Source of the DNA: an uncultured Armatimonadia bacterium
Lineage (GTDB): Bacteria > Armatimonadota > Zipacnadia > Zipacnadales > JABUFB01
Assembly: GCA_964639415.1 (NCBI GenBank)
Contig: CAZXDD010000002.1
Span: forward strand, 1-42,060
Length of the DNA stretch: 42,060 bases
Direction: 5' to 3'
Positions 34,934 through 42,060 of this stretch are shown one piece after another. The first letter of the stretch is position 1. Each line of letters opens with the position of its first letter. The translations under genes were made by a program, and so were the position numbers. A model generated the notes under the pieces. The model was given only the letters and a program-made list of their open reading frames with translations. It was not told the DNA's origin and did not search any database.

Positions 34934-35488
34934 CTACCCGCTTCTGGGCCCCGCTGCGTTCCCGGCCACTCCCCTGGTGGTCTTCACATGCCCGTCCATG
35001 TAGGCGCAGTTGATGCGCCCTCTGTGGCGCGGAGCCGGACACCCCTGCGCGTCGGCATCGTAGAACAGGACGCGAGCATATGGGTCGGAATAGTCGCTCA
35101 GACGCGTTCCGCTATAGCGCGGGTCCATGGCGTAGGATATGGGAGAGCGAGACTTGTCCGCCGGACACTTGAGCATGTCCTGTGACACCCCGTAGGCGGA
35201 GAGCTGCTGCGGCCAGCTCCGGCTGTCGGGGAGCACGCCGCCGTTGGCCGCGGCATAGGCCACAGCGGCGCCGACTATCACCTTCAGGTGCTCCCGACAC
35301 TCCTGTTCCGCGCCCGCGCTCCCGGCGCGGGCACGGATCGGTGCCGAGGCGGTTGCGATGATGCCCCCAAGAACCACCAGGACTGCCCCGACAGCGATCC
35401 CGATCACAAGCACAGCGGTCCCGCATCCCCTGGCTTTGACGTCCTTCCGGGCACCTGCTCGCTGCGGCCGTTGTGGCGTAGCCATCAC
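34934..35488 (-). CDS. Membrane-anchored H-X9-DG (DUF1559-type) protein, paralogue 2
   Basis: The start is GTG 35488 or ATG 35485; AGGAGG lies 7 or 10 nt upstream respectively. A basic head and TM helix (GTAVLVIGIAVGAVLVVLGGIIA) are followed by ECREHLKVIVGAAVAYAAANGGVLP, KCPADK, ISYAMDPRYSG and RVLFYDADAQGCPAPRHRGRINCAYMDGHVK (H-X9-DG). Confidence 0.75.
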   Translation of the reverse strand: MMATPQRPQRAGARKDVKARGCGTAVLVIGIAVGAVLVVLGGIIATASAPIRARAGSAGAEQECREHLKVIVGAAVAYAAANGGVLPDSRSWPQQLSAYGVSQDMLKCPADKSRSPISYAMDPRYSGTRLSDYSDPYARVLFYDADAQGCPAPRHRGRINCAYMDGHVKTTRGVAGNAAGPRSG

Positions 35489-35642
35489 AGTGGGCCCTCC
35501 TGCCTATGCTGAGTGCGTGGCGGCGGGAGGAGGAAACCCGCACAGGCAACGGCGGCCAGCGCAGTCCCCGGCTCGGAGCCCCAGACTCTCCCACCGACGC
35601 TCATCTTGTCGATTGGGGCGGGGGCATCGTCAAGACCCGGGA

Positions 35643-36437
35643 CTAATCAGGGGATATCGAGTCGCCCGCGGGGCCGATGCCCCGGGGCACGCCATTCAGC
35701 CATTTCACGTGACCGTCGAGGAAGGCGCAGTTGGTCCCGCCGTTGTGGCGGGCTATCGGCCGCCCGCTCCTGTCCACATCGAGGAACAGGACGCGCTCGG
35801 CCCTGTCCGGGAAGGCCAGGGGGTCTTCGCGGCCATAGGTCCGGTCCATGCCATAGGAGACGTCCGCGCCGCCGCCATCGGCCGGGCACCGGTACAGCAT
35901 CCGGTTCTTGACGAAGGGCTCCAACTGCCCGGGCCAGCGGGCGGCGTCCGGCAGCCTGTCGCCGTTCTCAGTGGCATAGATCAGCGCGGCGGTCACAATC
36001 TGCCTGAGATTCGACGCGCAACCGGCTTGCCTGGCCTTCTCACTGCTTCTGGCGAAGACGGGGAACAGGATAGCGCCGAGGACCACGACAACAAACAGCA
36101 GTATCAGGGCCTCCACAATGCTGAAGCGAAGCAGGGCGGTTCCACCGGGCCGGGCGATCACGGTCCCCAGAGGCAGTTGCCTCTGAGGTCTCTCGGGCGT
36201 GGGCATCGCGGCTATCTCTTCTTCGACACGGCCGGACAGATCCTTCCCCTGCGCCGAGGCGAGCGACGCCCGGCGAAACACCTCCCCGTCGGTCTTGCTC
36301 TGCCGCAGCCACTCACGACATCGGGCGCAGTCCTGCAGGTGGCGGCGCACAGCGGCCCGTTCCTGCCCACCGCATTCCCCATCCGCGTAGGCCGAGAGCA
36401 AGAGCAGCCACTCCTCGTCGTGGTGCAGGCGGCCCAT
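35643..36437 (-). CDS. Anti-sigma factor (zf-HC2) fused through a pilin-like transmembrane helix to an H-X9-DG (DUF1559-type) ectodomain
   Basis: Track ORF 35643..36521 trimmed to ATG 36437, which shares its A with the sigma-gene TGA (TGATG). The N-terminus (MGRLHHDEEWLLLLSAYADGEC...RRHLQDCARCREWL) is a zf-HC2 anti-sigma domain. Residues 104-140 are RFSIVEALILLFVVVVLGAILFPVFARSSEKARQAGC. The C-terminus has YRCPAD, VSYGMD and RVLFLDVDRSGRPIARHNGGTNCAFLDGHVKW. Confidence 0.8.
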   Translation of the reverse strand: MGRLHHDEEWLLLLSAYADGECGGQERAAVRRHLQDCARCREWLRQSKTDGEVFRRASLASAQGKDLSGRVEEEIAAMPTPERPQRQLPLGTVIARPGGTALLRFSIVEALILLFVVVVLGAILFPVFARSSEKARQAGCASNLRQIVTAALIYATENGDRLPDAARWPGQLEPFVKNRMLYRCPADGGGADVSYGMDRTYGREDPLAFPDRAERVLFLDVDRSGRPIARHNGGTNCAFLDGHVKWLNGVPRGIGPAGDSISPD

Positions 36438-36991
36438 CAGCGCCCTCCCCCCTCGGCCACAGCATCCGCCTCGTCCTCGGCCTGGAGGATTCCGCGCAAT
36501 GCCTGGCGTGCTCGGAAGCACCTTACCCGCACGGTGCCCGCGGCGACGCCGAGCATCGTGGCGATCTGCTCGTAGCTCATGTCCATCAAGTATCTCGCGG
36601 CCAGTATCTCGCGATCGTCCTGGCGCAGGCGGTCCAGTAGTGGGGTCAAGTCCGATGCCGCGGGGTCGACGGGTCCAGTAGACGGCTCGGGCACGGAGTC
36701 CGCCTCCAGAGACAGCGCCCGCGGGGGCCGGCGCGACAGATACCGGCGACAGCGGATGCGGAGGATGCCGTAGAGCCAGCCGCCGAACCTCTCCGGGTCC
36801 TGCAGGTTCCCCAGCCCTCGGTAGGCTTCAATGAAGCTCTCCTGAGCCACATCCAAAGCGGCCTCGTCCTCGCCCACAAGGTGCCGGGCAGCGGCGATGA
36901 TCCGCCCCTGGTGGCGGCGCACCAGCTCGGAGAAGGCGTGCTTGTCGCCCTGGAGTGTCCGACCCACCAGGTGGGCGTCGCCACCGGCCAC
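36437..36991 (-). CDS. ECF-type RNA polymerase sigma-70 family factor
   Basis: 184 aa; GTG start with GGAGG 7 nt upstream. Region 2 is FSELVRRHQGRIIAAARHLVGEDEAALDVAQESFIEAYRGL. The region 4 HTH is REILAARYLMDMSYEQIATMLGVAAGTVRVRCFRARQAL. Confidence 0.9.
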   Translation of the reverse strand: MAGGDAHLVGRTLQGDKHAFSELVRRHQGRIIAAARHLVGEDEAALDVAQESFIEAYRGLGNLQDPERFGGWLYGILRIRCRRYLSRRPPRALSLEADSVPEPSTGPVDPAASDLTPLLDRLRQDDREILAARYLMDMSYEQIATMLGVAAGTVRVRCFRARQALRGILQAEDEADAVAEGGGR

Positions 36992-37060
36992 GTTGTTGCC
37001 TCCGCGCGGGGATCGCGTCCTGGGTGTATGTGCCTTGCTCTGGGGACGATGTTACGCCAC

Positions 37061-37237
37061 AGGTGCGGCCGCAAAGGCCGCCTTCGCCGAGTGTGTCATC
37101 CTGAGAGCGCCCGCTCCCGCAGGAAGCAGCTCGAACAACCTCCTGGAATATCGCGACAGCCTTCGCCATCCCGCTGCGCGAGATGGACGCTCAGGATCAC
37201 ATCCTCACGGCGGGCCCGGCTTCTCGGCCGGGCCCGC
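37061..37237 (-). repeat. Dispersed ~175-bp element, copy 2 (opposite orientation to copy 1), between response-regulator stop and sigma-factor start
   Basis: The reverse complement of 37095-37200 matches 11294-11399 at 79/106 positions. The tail 37061-37094 matches 11400-11433 at 24/34 positions. The terminal 11-bp-stem hairpin GCGGGCCCGGC-TTCTCG-GCCGGGCCCGC at 37210-37237 corresponds to the copy-1 hairpin and may also terminate the response-regulator transcript. Confidence 0.7.
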
Positions 37238-37336
37238 GGAAGGTGATGCATCGCGGCGAGACCCCCGCGAGCCGGGAACGTCGGCGGCCGCTGAGGGCGC
37301 GTCAGGCCCTGCGATAGGGAACGTGGTTCGGGGCGG

Positions 37337-38059
37337 CTAACCGTCGGCGGCGGCGGCCGTGGAGGAGGGGTCCAGGCGATAGCCCAGGCCCTTCACCGTG
37401 ACCACAAGCGAGGGCCGCGAGGGGTTGGGCTCGATCTTGTGGCGCAGATTGGAGATGTGCACCTGCACCGCGTGGGTTGCCCTGTCATCCGGCCACAGGG
37501 CCTCCAGCAGCGCCTCCTTGGAGAACACCCAGCCGGGGTGCTCCGCCAGGAAGGTGAGCAGCCGAAGCTCCGTGGCGCTGAGAAGCACTTCCCGTCCATC
37601 GATGGAGGCCACGCAGCGGGCGCGGTCGATGGCGACGCGCCCCACCCGCAGGACATCGGACTGCTCCGGCTGTCCGCGGCGGAGAACCGCGCGCACGCGG
37701 GCCAGAAGCTCGTTGAGATGGAACGGCTTGCGCACGTAGTCCTCGGCGCCGGCCTCCAGAGCCGTCTCCGCCGCATTGGCGTCGTCCACCGCGGTGATCA
37801 CCATCACGCGCGGCCCGCGCAGGGCCACGAGCTGACGGCACACCGAGAGCCCGTCCAGGTCCGGGAGGCCCAGGTCGACCAGGCACAGCGCGGGGCTTTC
37901 CTCGCGGGCCAGCGCCAGCCCCTGAGCGCCGGTGCGTGTCGCCTGCGCACGGTAACCGGCGTCCTCCAGGGCCCCGGCGACCACATCGCCCAGCGCCCGA
38001 TCATCCTCGATGATGAGGATGTCGATGCCCGCCTTGTCTTCCCGCGAACCGCCGGCCAT
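37337..38059 (-). CDS. OmpR/PhoB-family response regulator (orphan, no adjacent histidine kinase)
   Basis: Track ORF 37337..38410 trimmed to ATG 38059 (MAGGSREDKAGIDILIIEDD). The receiver domain has DD, the phospho-acceptor context CLVDLGLPDLDG, and Lys in DYVRKPF. The C-terminal winged helix is LSATELRLLTFLAEHPGWVFSKEALLEALW...VQVHISNLRHKI...VKGLGYRL. Confidence 0.9.
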   Translation of the reverse strand: MAGGSREDKAGIDILIIEDDRALGDVVAGALEDAGYRAQATRTGAQGLALAREESPALCLVDLGLPDLDGLSVCRQLVALRGPRVMVITAVDDANAAETALEAGAEDYVRKPFHLNELLARVRAVLRRGQPEQSDVLRVGRVAIDRARCVASIDGREVLLSATELRLLTFLAEHPGWVFSKEALLEALWPDDRATHAVQVHISNLRHKIEPNPSRPSLVVTVKGLGYRLDPSSTAAAADG

Positions 38060-38469
38060 GGGGGCCGTCGCCCTCCCGTGACGCCGCCGAGGCGTCGATG
38101 GACTTGGGACACGTGCCACTATGCGCGCATGCCAAGTGGCCCGAAGATCGGGCCGCTCCAGCCCCCCCCAGCGCATTGCTGACCTAGTTCGCCCACCTGC
38201 TTCGCTGTTCCTCCCCCGAATCGGGGCCATCCACGCGCCGGGAAGAAGGCGAGACGGGCCCCGCGGTCGCTCGCACGCCGTCAGGCCCCAAGGGCCGCCC
38301 GGCGCCGCGGAAGCGGCGCCATCTAGCCATCGGCGAGAGCCCATCGGGGTCCTCACGCATTCCCCGGGCCGGCGACCCGTCCGGCCTCGGGAGGGGAGCC
38401 CGCCCGGCACACGGAATGTCTCCTCGCGTCCCAGTACCTCACCGACGTCGCCGATGGGGAGTGTCCACG

Positions 38470-40944
38470 ATGCGCCATATCGCTCTTGTCGCCGCTGCGC
38501 TCAGTTGCCTGGTGCCGGCCGCCGCCGATTTCGCTGTCGTCTTGGACGGACGGGCCCGGTGTCAGATCGTGCTGGGCCAGGGGGCCCGGCCGGTGGAGAA
38601 GCAGGCGGCCGAGGATCTCGCCCGCTGCCTGCTGCTCATGACCGACGTGCAGGTGCCTCTCGTGCCGGAGGGCCAACAGAGGCCGCAGACGCCGCGGATC
38701 ATGGTGGGCCCCTGTGCCCTCCCCGATCAGGTGATGCAGGCCGTCTCGGCCCGGGACTACGGTGGCTACATCATCAGGCAGGTGGGAGATGATCTGGTCC
38801 TCCGCGGCCCCAGCGAGTACGGCAGCGCCAATGCCGTCTACGGCCTTCTGGAGGACACCCTCGGCTGCCACTGGTACATGCCCTCGGAGCTGTTCGAGGT
38901 CGTCCCCCGGCGCGCGGAGGTGGTGCTGCCGACGCTGGACGTGGCCGTGGACCCCGGCTTCCGGTACCGCTACTTCAGCGGCGTCTCCGAGGGCGGCCCC
39001 TGGCAGTTCCGCAACCGCCTCGACCGCCCCGGCAATCCCGATGCCCCCTTCCTGGCTCAGGGACACATCCTGTACCGCCTCTACCCTCCCAGCAAGTACG
39101 GCCAAGACCACCCGGAGTTCTACCCGCTGAGAAACGGCGAGCGCCGCGTGAACAAGGACGACAACGATCAGTACTCCCAGCCCTGTACCAGCAATCCGGA
39201 GGTCGTCCGCGTTGCCGTGGACACCATTGGTGCGTTCTTCGACGATCACCCGCAGGCCCACACACACTCACTGTGCATCAATGACAACAACGAATGGTGC
39301 CAATGCGATGCCTGCGCGGCGCAGGATGTGCCGGTACCCCAGTTCCGCGGCCGCACCGTCTACTCGGACCGCTACTACACCTATGTCAATGCCGTGGCCA
39401 AAGGTCTTGCGGCCAGGCATCCGGACAAGTTCCTGGGCGTGTTCGCCTACTGGGGCGTCGAGCCCGTGCCGGCGGGCATCGAGCGCATCGAGCCCAACGT
39501 CTACGTGAGCATCACCCAGGACTGCTCCCAGCACTTCGACGCGGCCTACAGGCAGACGGACCACGAGTTCATCAGACAGTGGCAGGCCAAGGCCGCCCAT
39601 GTGGGCAAGTACGACTACTACGGCCTGGGTGCCATCATCCCCCGCTACTATCCGCACCTGATCGCCGAGGACATCAAGCACTCGCGGCAGGTGGGGCTGG
39701 AGGGTTTCCACTCCGAGGCCTACCCGCTGTGGGCCTGTTTCGGGCCCCAGATCTATATGGCCGCCCAGATGCTGTACAACCCCGACCTGGACTGTGATGC
39801 CCTGCTCGACGGCTTTTTCTCCGACCTCTACGGCCCGGCCGCCCCGGAGATGGCCGCCCTGTATCAGACCCTCGAGGATGCCTGGATGAGCTACCGGCGC
39901 CCGGGCCGGTGGTTCGAGGGCATCGGCAGCATGTCCCAGCAAATCAGCATGTACCGGCCCGAGGACCTCGCTGCCATCAGGGCGCACCTGTTCCGGGCCA
40001 GGAGGCTGGCCGATAGCGACCTGATCCGGCAGCGCATCGCGTATGTCGACAAAGGTCTGGAGTATCCACTGAACCTGATCGAGGGCTGGCAGGCGGCGGA
40101 GAAGCTGCAGTCGATGGCGGTCACCGCCCAAAGCAGCGCCGACGTCATCCGGCTCATCCGGCGCGTTAACCGCTGCGTGCAGCGCGCCCCGCGTCTGTGG
40201 GAGCGCAGCATCATGGAAGACCCCATCAGCAGCGGGTGGTACAAGGCCGGTGCCCGCCCCCACGTGATCGCCCAGTGGTTCGGTCATTGCCAGGACGCCA
40301 CGGTGGCGGCGGTGAGCGAGCTGGCCGCACGCGACGGCGCCGAGGCCATGGCCGACTACCTCGCCGAATTGGTGGGCACCGACACCGAGACGCTCCTGCG
40401 CGCCTACCGCGGCGAGCTGGACGGCCTGCCGAACATGCTGACCAATGGCTCCTTCGAGAGCACCGATGCCGCCGAAGGACAGCAGCCCAGCGGTCCCGAA
40501 TGGCAAAGCGAGGGCACACCGCCGGGCTGGTGCACCTGGAAGACCGATCCGGCGCAAGGCAGACTGTTCCCGGACGCGGGCAAGGTGCGCAGCGGCAAGC
40601 TCTCGGCGGCGCTGGAGGGCGGCGACTGCATCTGCTACATCGCCTCGGTGCCCGTGGAGGCCAAGAAGCGCTACGCCGCCTGGGCCTACGCCTGGGCCGA
40701 CAGAGCCACCTCACCGCGCAGGACGACCCTCGAGGTCCGCTGGCAGGATGATGAGGGCAAGTGGTTCAACAGCGGGCTCAACACCTGCGTCGAGCTCCGT
40801 CGCCCCGGCGGTTGGGAGCGGCTGGTGAGCGCCGTCACCGCCCCGGAGGGCGCGGCGAAGGCTGTGGTCCTGCTGGTCGTGTACGGCATGCCGGAGGGCG
40901 AGACCGCCTGGTTCGATGACGCGGCGTTCGTGGAGGTGCAATGA
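38470..40944 (+). CDS. Secreted DUF4838-like protein with C-terminal CBM4/9-like beta-sandwich
   Basis: Track ORF 38416..40944 trimmed to ATG 38470. The signal peptide is MRHIALVAAALSCLVPAAA. The core (DHPEFYPLRNGERR...QPCTSNPEVVRVAVDTI...FAYWGVEPVP) resembles DUF4838 (GH20-N-like plus TIM). The C-terminal ~150 aa (NGSFES...GWCTWK...AWFDDAAFVEV) look like a carbohydrate-binding jelly-roll. Confidence 0.75.
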   Translation: MRHIALVAAALSCLVPAAADFAVVLDGRARCQIVLGQGARPVEKQAAEDLARCLLLMTDVQVPLVPEGQQRPQTPRIMVGPCALPDQVMQAVSARDYGGYIIRQVGDDLVLRGPSEYGSANAVYGLLEDTLGCHWYMPSELFEVVPRRAEVVLPTLDVAVDPGFRYRYFSGVSEGGPWQFRNRLDRPGNPDAPFLAQGHILYRLYPPSKYGQDHPEFYPLRNGERRVNKDDNDQYSQPCTSNPEVVRVAVDTIGAFFDDHPQAHTHSLCINDNNEWCQCDACAAQDVPVPQFRGRTVYSDRYYTYVNAVAKGLAARHPDKFLGVFAYWGVEPVPAGIERIEPNVYVSITQDCSQHFDAAYRQTDHEFIRQWQAKAAHVGKYDYYGLGAIIPRYYPHLIAEDIKHSRQVGLEGFHSEAYPLWACFGPQIYMAAQMLYNPDLDCDALLDGFFSDLYGPAAPEMAALYQTLEDAWMSYRRPGRWFEGIGSMSQQISMYRPEDLAAIRAHLFRARRLADSDLIRQRIAYVDKGLEYPLNLIEGWQAAEKLQSMAVTAQSSADVIRLIRRVNRCVQRAPRLWERSIMEDPISSGWYKAGARPHVIAQWFGHCQDATVAAVSELAARDGAEAMADYLAELVGTDTETLLRAYRGELDGLPNMLTNGSFESTDAAEGQQPSGPEWQSEGTPPGWCTWKTDPAQGRLFPDAGKVRSGKLSAALEGGDCICYIASVPVEAKKRYAAWAYAWADRATSPRRTTLEVRWQDDEGKWFNSGLNTCVELRRPGGWERLVSAVTAPEGAAKAVVLLVVYGMPEGETAWFDDAAFVEVQ

Positions 40945-41105
40945 ACGAGCCCAGCACCGGCTTGCCGCCGACCGGGGGAACGGTGGGGTGGGGCGCGACG
41001 ACCGCCAGAAGACACGGGGAGGACCCGCGGGCTGCAGGACGAAGTTAACGACTTCCGCCGTTGGGCAACCACCGAAGTGGAGGTCCCGAACCCACAGGAG
41101 GCCAC

Positions 41106-42060
41106 ATGACCGGACACTACGTTGTCATCGAATCCGTCGGCACCGCCGTCTTGCAGCCCTTCGATGTGCCGCGGCCCGCGGCCGGCGAAGTGCTGCTAGA
41201 AAACGACTATACCGTCATCAGCGCCGGCACAGAGCGGGCCAATCTCATCGGCCTCCCCAACACCTCCGGCCAGTTCCCCTGGCATCCGGGGTACTGCGGC
41301 CTCGGACGGGTCATCGCCATCGGCGACGGGGTGCAGAACGTCTCCGTGGGCCAGCGCGCGCTGGCCACGTGGTCCGGCCACCGCTCCCACGCGCTGCAGC
41401 GCGCCGCGGACCTCACGGTGGTCAGGGATGACCGCATCGACTCTCTGGACGCCGCCTTCGTCCCCATCGCCGCCATGGGCCTGCAGGGCGTGCGCAAGGT
41501 CAGGCTGGAGCTGGGCGAGTCGGCGATGGTGATCGGCCTGGGGCTTCTGGGCGTCTTCGCCACACAATCGGCGAGGATCGACGGGGCCATCCCGGTGATC
41601 GTCTCGGACTTCGACAAACGCCGCCGGGACCTCGCCCTGACCCTCGGGGCCGACTACGCCTTCTCCCCCGACGAGGAGAACCTGCCGGAGAAGATCGAGG
41701 AACTCACCGACGGCAAGGGCGCCGACGCCGTCATCGAGGTGACGGGCTCGGCGGTGGCGCTGCAGCAGGCGCTGACGTATGTCGCCTTCCAGGGCCGGGT
41801 GAGCCTTCTGGGCTGCACCCGCATCTCCGATGCTCCCATTGACTTCTACCGGTACGTCCACCGCCGCGGCGTGTCGCTCATCGGGGCGCACACGATGGTG
41901 CGGCCACAGGTGGAGTCCCATCCGGGGTACTGGACCGAGCGCGATGACCACCGCGTGCTTCTGGCGCTCATCGCGGCCGAGAGGCTGCAGGTGAGGCCGA
42001 TCGTGTCGGAGATCGTCTCCCCGGAGACGGCTCCCGCCGTGTACAAGCGCCTCGCGGAGG
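41106..42060 (+). CDS. Medium-chain (zinc-type) alcohol dehydrogenase/reductase family protein; 3' end runs off the right edge
   Basis: Absent from the ORF track because it is open at the window edge. ATG 41106 has AGGAGG 4 nt upstream. Hand translation gives MTGHYVVIESVGTAVLQPFDVPRPAAGEVLLENDYTVISAGTE...GESAMVIGLGLLGVFATQSARIDGA...VSDFDKRRR, with a Rossmann G-x-G-x-x-G. There are no stops to position 42060. Confidence 0.8.
   Translation, partial: MTGHYVVIESVGTAVLQPFDVPRPAAGEVLLENDYTVISAGTERANLIGLPNTSGQFPWHPGYCGLGRVIAIGDGVQNVSVGQRALATWSGHRSHALQRAADLTVVRDDRIDSLDAAFVPIAAMGLQGVRKVRLELGESAMVIGLGLLGVFATQSARIDGAIPVIVSDFDKRRRDLALTLGADYAFSPDEENLPEKIEELTDGKGADAVIEVTGSAVALQQALTYVAFQGRVSLLGCTRISDAPIDFYRYVHRRGVSLIGAHTMVRPQVESHPGYWTERDDHRVLLALIAAERLQVRPIVSEIVSPETAPAVYKRLAE

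Noticed and set aside
36992-37094. ECF-type promoter (GGAAC-N16/17-CGTC) upstream of the sigma gene, and a similar motif upstream of paralogue 2 (35489-35642)
   Set aside because: Only a GTAAC without a correctly spaced CGTC-like -10 was found. No convincing match exists in either region.
1-42060. rRNA genes, tRNA genes, riboswitches, integrase or phage modules
   Set aside because: No cloverleaf-like or rRNA-like segments and no recognisable integrase, recombinase or phage structural translations were noticed. The intergenic regions are short or occupied by the repeats described. This is a by-eye assessment only.

Overview
High-GC bacterial chromosomal window, densely coding on both strands. 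I call 24 protein-coding genes, 2 pseudogenes and several non-coding elements.

Coding content:
- Secreted glycan-active or glycan-binding proteins: a GH-like/FN3/discoidin protein at the left edge, a BNR sialidase-like propeller, a DUF4091-like protein, a 1309-aa clan GH-A-like enzyme, a GH5-like enzyme and a DUF4838-like protein.
- Sugar-modifying enzymes: enolase-superfamily member, Gfo/Idh/MocA oxidoreductase, DegT-type aminotransferase, alpha/beta hydrolase, SAM methyltransferase, MDR dehydrogenase.
- An AraC regulator, two housekeeping genes (pckA, icd), a YhaO/YhaN (SbcD/SbcC-like) nuclease-ATPase pair and an orphan OmpR-type response regulator.

Most unusual region (32.3-37.0 kb): an ECF sigma factor is translationally coupled to a zf-HC2 anti-sigma factor. 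The extracytoplasmic part of that anti-sigma factor is a prepilin-like H-X9-DG (DUF1559-type) domain. Four tandem free-standing paralogues of the domain follow, in different states of decay.

Non-coding structure:
- A ~530-bp array of 77-78-bp hairpin-bearing repeats (15.0-15.5 kb).
- A T-depleted ACGGAG-rich repeat tract (28.3-28.4 kb).
- Two oppositely oriented copies of a ~175-bp dispersed element (11.3 and 37.1 kb).
- Several perfect GC hairpins at convergent gene ends.

Caveats: two edge genes (1..2831 minus, 41106..42060 plus) are absent from the supplied ORF track. Many long ORFs in the track are antisense shadows typical of high-GC DNA. No rRNA, tRNA or CRISPR array was recognised. The H-X9-DG proteins suggest a Planctomycetota/Armatimonadota/Verrucomicrobiota-like source, but that is inference only. 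All family names are from reading translations by eye; no database search was run.
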